A stretch of 59,830 bases of DNA, the filler included, from Nitrospinae bacterium RIFCSPLOWO2_12_FULL_45_22 (GTDB lineage: Bacteria > 2-12-FULL-45-22): the NCBI GenBank assembly GCA_001803565.1. It is 7 parts of 7 records of this genome, joined end to end, with 100 filler letters (N's around TTAATTAATTAA, not from the genome) between each part and the next. Parts side by side here need not be neighbours in the genome. Positions count along the whole stretch, not along the records: positions 53,379 to 59,830 come from MHDQ01000279.1; 6 more parts are not named here. One strand, given 5' to 3'. Both the position numbers and the translations under genes were made by a program. Under the pieces are notes generated by a model, which saw nothing but the letters and a program-made list of their open reading frames with translations, did no database searches and was not told where the DNA came from. The first letter of the stretch is position 1; the number at the start of each line of letters is the position of its first letter. Of this stretch, positions 56,746-59,830 are shown in pieces.

Positions 56746-58071
56746 CTAATTAAGTTTCTTGGTTTCTTTGGATTCTCTTACAATCTCTAAAAATCCCTCC
56801 AGGTGTTCTTCTAGGGCGGCCCTGTTTTCTCCCGGCAAATCTGTATCAATGGTAGTGGTTGGGATGTTAAGCTCCATTCTTATATTATCAGTTATACACC
56901 GTGCTGTCTTGGCGATGTAGTTACAGCCAAAGGCACAGTCAAAGATACTGCCATCGGCCTTCATCTGTTTTGTTAGCCCAGTCACTAACTTCGCCCTCTG
57001 GGTCATGGGCTGAGTAAAGGGTATGGAAAGATCCCTCTTGGCTAAGGCTATAAATGGCTCCTCATCCTCATTCACATCGGCACGGAATAGGTTCCAGACG
57101 CATTCCAATCCAGCCAGAGTACCACCCAGGTCTTCCAAAAGGTTATATATTTTTATCTCAGAAGTAGTTATCCCAGAGAAAAATATCCTCACAGCATCAT
57201 CTCTTATGCCCGGGCCTTTTATCCTCTTCGTTGCCCGCTCCCTTATCTCCATCAATATTGTATCAAGGGTGTCATTGGCCGCTACAGGATCGCTTTGCCA
57301 ATCATCAACCAAGACCATGGTGAGGATAAAGTCCAGGGCAGATATGGGGGAAGGGTCTAACAATAAAAAGTCCATTAGCTCTCTGATTTTTTTTCTCATA
57401 CGATTATGAAACCTTATGGACTCCATCAAATCGGCCTTTTCGACCTTTTTCTTGGTTAGTCTTTCCATAGTCTTTACAAAGGTTTGTAACTCACCGACCA
57501 TATAGTCCAGCGCATTGTCCTCTTTGCCTTCCAGATGGGGGAAGAAGGGCTGGTCCAGGAAATGGACCTCAGGGATGATGTCAGACAAGTTTTCACCATT
57601 ATAAGGAGAATTGGTACACCAGGGGCCAACAAAGGTATAATAGGCATCTACCGGGACGAGCTGGCGGCGTATAGCAGCATTACCTACGGCTTGCCAGGCA
57701 CAGGCCTCCGGCGAGAGTTGCTCCCGACCTTCGGTAGCTAAGCTATAATCTCTTGTGTAAATCAGGTGGGCCATAGAGATAAAAAAGGGGTCTACCGGTA
57801 TAACCCCGCAACCATAATAAATATCTGTAGGATTGGCTGGGTACTTCACAACTATGGTTTTACCTTGATTATGGGCTTCCTTGAGCCGCTCCAACTGGGT
57901 AAGGGAAAGGTAAGCCAATTTTCTTATTCCGACCAGTTCCATATCTATCCGCAGATCGGCCAGACCAGGAAAGTGCCTGGGGGCTTCCTGCATTAAATAC
58001 TCACCGATCTCTGCCATAGGGATAAATCCACCATTCCCCATACTTAATCCTTCTAATAATTTCTCAGACAT
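56746..58071 (-). CDS. 2-hydroxyacyl-CoA dehydratase family subunit (HgdA/B-like)
   Basis: Cys spacing SPEAC..GPWC..FGC; IDTD..G.....EHLEGFLE tail; paired with the upstream paralog. Confidence 0.75.
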   Translation of the reverse strand: MSEKLLEGLSMGNGGFIPMAEIGEYLMQEAPRHFPGLADLRIDMELVGIRKLAYLSLTQLERLKEAHNQGKTIVVKYPANPTDIYYGCGVIPVDPFFISMAHLIYTRDYSLATEGREQLSPEACAWQAVGNAAIRRQLVPVDAYYTFVGPWCTNSPYNGENLSDIIPEVHFLDQPFFPHLEGKEDNALDYMVGELQTFVKTMERLTKKKVEKADLMESIRFHNRMRKKIRELMDFLLLDPSPISALDFILTMVLVDDWQSDPVAANDTLDTILMEIRERATKRIKGPGIRDDAVRIFFSGITTSEIKIYNLLEDLGGTLAGLECVWNLFRADVNEDEEPFIALAKRDLSIPFTQPMTQRAKLVTGLTKQMKADGSIFDCAFGCNYIAKTARCITDNIRMELNIPTTTIDTDLPGENRAALEEHLEGFLEIVRESKETKKLN

Positions 58072-58087
58072 TTCCCTCCCTCCTATT

Positions 58088-58201
58088 GTAAGCCTTTAGC
58101 TATCAGCCGTCAGCTTTCAGCTAAAACTAGTTGTCAGGGTTTAGGGGTCAGGGATCAGCTTTTTAATTTCTATACCCCGAACTCTAATTGCTGACCCCTG
58201 A
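58088..58201. repeat. Partial family A element
   Basis: GTAAGCCTTTAGCTATCAGCCGTCAGCTTTCAGCTAAAACTAGTTGTCAGGG is collinear with the start of 31558-31694; the right TIR is not seen. Confidence 0.65.
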
Positions 58202-59356
58202 TTATTGAGTGCTGTATTTCTGGCCCTGAAGTAGTTCTATAAATGCCTCCATCCTTGTCCTGATCTGGCCCAGGCTAATAGAAGAATAATCTGAATTTAT
58301 ATGGAGCAGGGGGATACCCATCTGGTTGAGCCATTTGCGATCGTCTTCTACCTTAAATGCATAGGCATCGCAGAACCTTAAGGTATAGGAAATAACCCCA
58401 GCAACCCGGTATTGCTTGATCAATTCCTTTATATGTTCTCTGCGAGCATTGCCTTCTCTTCGGACATCGGGCAGGGTAGCGCATGGAATCTTTCCAAGAT
58501 ACCTACGAGCTAGCCCTTCTAGAGTAGGTTCTTCCACATCGTTCCAGAACCATCGGGTGCCGGTGCAAAGCTCATCTATCACGATATTTACCCCGAGTTC
58601 TTTAACAAGGTCAAGGATCTTCCTATCCCCGGATGCCAGGATACTTCCTGCTATAAGGAGCCTCGGCCCTCTTCTATTACCCTTTCTTCGTTCCCTGATT
58701 AATGCCAATTCCTCTAGGACAGTGTCAAGGATTTTAAGGTATTTCTGGCGGTCCAATACAAATCCAGCCTCAACTATCTCATGTGCCTCCTCCCAAGAGA
58801 CCGGTGGGAACTCTTCTTTAAGGAAGTTATATATAGCCCTTAACTTTTGCCGGATAGAATTATAGAGGGAAATAGAGTTTTTTAAGTCTTCCTCGGTTAT
58901 CTTCTTATCAGCTATTTTTTCTATTCTTTCGCGAAAATCTTCCAACTCTCTTAGATAATACGCTAGTGCCTGGTTCTCTCCAAACTTCCTGGGTAGCCCT
59001 ATGGGGATGACTTGGACCCCAAAATATTTTTCTAGGGTTTCTAGAACCCATTCCATCTGGACACAGGCGGGTGATTCCACAATATAGTTGGTAGCCATAA
59101 AAAATGGGTCTTTACCACTGGCACGATAGCCTATGCACGATTTAGCATAGGAGCAGGAATTGGGGGTTATATATTCACCACCACTTATCTCAGGCTCTTT
59201 TTCTCCGCCCCACATTAGCCGTATAGGGCTGAGCCCGGCGGCATGGATCAGCTCCTCAGGGACATAATTACAAAAATAGCCTATAGGGGTGCTCCATCTC
59301 AACTCTTCGGGTCTGGCTGCAGAGGCCCTTTTAATTTCTTCTAATCCTTTGATCAT
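58202..59356 (-). CDS. 2-hydroxyacyl-CoA dehydratase family subunit (HgdB/FldC/BcrC-like)
   Basis: IGYFCNYVPEELIHAAG, CSYAKS, DELCTGTR, LRFCD, GQIRTR.EAF.E. Confidence 0.88.
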   Translation of the reverse strand: MIKGLEEIKRASAARPEELRWSTPIGYFCNYVPEELIHAAGLSPIRLMWGGEKEPEISGGEYITPNSCSYAKSCIGYRASGKDPFFMATNYIVESPACVQMEWVLETLEKYFGVQVIPIGLPRKFGENQALAYYLRELEDFRERIEKIADKKITEEDLKNSISLYNSIRQKLRAIYNFLKEEFPPVSWEEAHEIVEAGFVLDRQKYLKILDTVLEELALIRERRKGNRRGPRLLIAGSILASGDRKILDLVKELGVNIVIDELCTGTRWFWNDVEEPTLEGLARRYLGKIPCATLPDVRREGNARREHIKELIKQYRVAGVISYTLRFCDAYAFKVEDDRKWLNQMGIPLLHINSDYSSISLGQIRTRMEAFIELLQGQKYSTQ

Positions 59357-59410
59357 AATTATTTCTCCTTAAGGATTAACCCTATAGGAGATACATCTTA
59401 ATTTTTACTT

Positions 59411-59563
59411 GGGTGTGGCTATTCTTTGTCATAAAGCCTATGACGTAGCATGCTACCTCCCTACTTTCTATTGTATCACGAATTCTATTTGTGCTATTTG
59501 AGGTACGGATAAATCCGTGGCTCCAAAAAAGTTCGTGGATTTCTGCCAGAAAATAGCCCCCCC
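59411..59563. mobile_element. Second family C MITE-like element (degenerate)
   Basis: GGGTGTGGCTATTCTTTGTCATAA .. AAAATAGCCCCCCC; ends match 12471-12601 in inverted orientation; no clean TSD. Confidence 0.6.
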
Positions 59564-59743
59564 AATTCAATTAGAAATTGTTTCTTTCTTTTTTAGGGCA
59601 TATGGCACATATTGCGGTAGCTTTGAGACGGTTCAGAAAATAAGAGGATCAGCCTAGTCATTGGAGTTAGAGGTAAATGTTTAGATGCCAATAAACCCAA
59701 TCCATCTTATAGGTTTGAGATTGTCCATGTCAATCTAATTTTT

Positions 59744-59792
59744 TGTCAAGCCAAAATAGAAATGTCCTATTTTTACCAAAATAGAAATGTCC
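59744..59792. mobile_element. Probable IS end (ISNCY/IS1202-like) with subterminal direct repeats
   Basis: TGT start followed by two exact copies of CCAAAATAGAAATGTCC (59751-59767, 59776-59792). Confidence 0.55.
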
Positions 59793-59830
59793 GGTTTTAA
59801 GGTACTGGAAGTATCCGTTCTCTCTCCTTT

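Noticed and set aside
215-58865. Many 60-150 aa ORFs antisense to or nested in long genes
   Set aside because: Shadow frames of well-supported CDSs, with no independent motifs or RBS evidence.
59603-59615. Second sigma54 promoter (TGGCACATATTGC)
   Set aside because: GG-to-GC spacing is 8 nt rather than the required 10.

Overview
This window is not contiguous. It is seven assembly contigs joined by six artificial 100-nt linkers (N44-TTAATTAATTAA-N44), so genes on different contigs cannot be assumed to be neighbours. Gene content fits an anaerobic, Gram-negative bacterium of deltaproteobacterial type (inference). Contig 1 (1-6740): glgC, an ArnT-like glycosyltransferase, a DksA/TraR zinc finger fused to a BON domain, an RpoD-like sigma paralog, and a divergent triosephosphate isomerase fused in frame to a GAPDH-like NAD-binding domain. 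Contig 2 (6841-13359): a sigma54-type promoter with three upstream palindromic activator-like sites, then a HybA/HybB (NrfC/NrfD)-like redox pair interleaved with three GcvH-fold proteins that lack the lipoyl lysine, a small membrane protein sharing their xDGG tail, and a CxxCH-bearing sensor kinase. This is my best candidate for an uncharacterised system. Contig 3: a roughly 15-heme cytochrome c plus a PsrB/PsrC/PsrA-like complex whose Mo-ligand Cys position holds Gly. Contig 4: flavin oxidoreductase, ferritin-like protein, hexapeptide acyltransferase, lon, mobA. Contig 5: chaperone plus an orphan steroid-C25/ethylbenzene dehydrogenase-like alpha subunit, mutS2, a DHA2 MFS pump, a 2-oxoacid oxidoreductase operon (gamma, delta-GltD fusion, alpha; no beta) and rlpA. 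Contig 6: cas6-like and TA remnants, vapBC, and the rplM-rpsI-argCJ-rpsB-tsf-pyrH-frr-uppS-cdsA-dxr housekeeping block. Contig 7: an IS3-type element, two integron attC sites flanking an inverted DUF3800-like cassette, and a 2-hydroxyacyl-CoA dehydratase pair. Intergenic DNA carries at least three families of small MITE-like elements with nested REP-like palindromes, and similar repeats sit in frame inside one gene. No tRNA, rRNA or CRISPR array was seen. All family calls come from motifs read by eye, with no database search.
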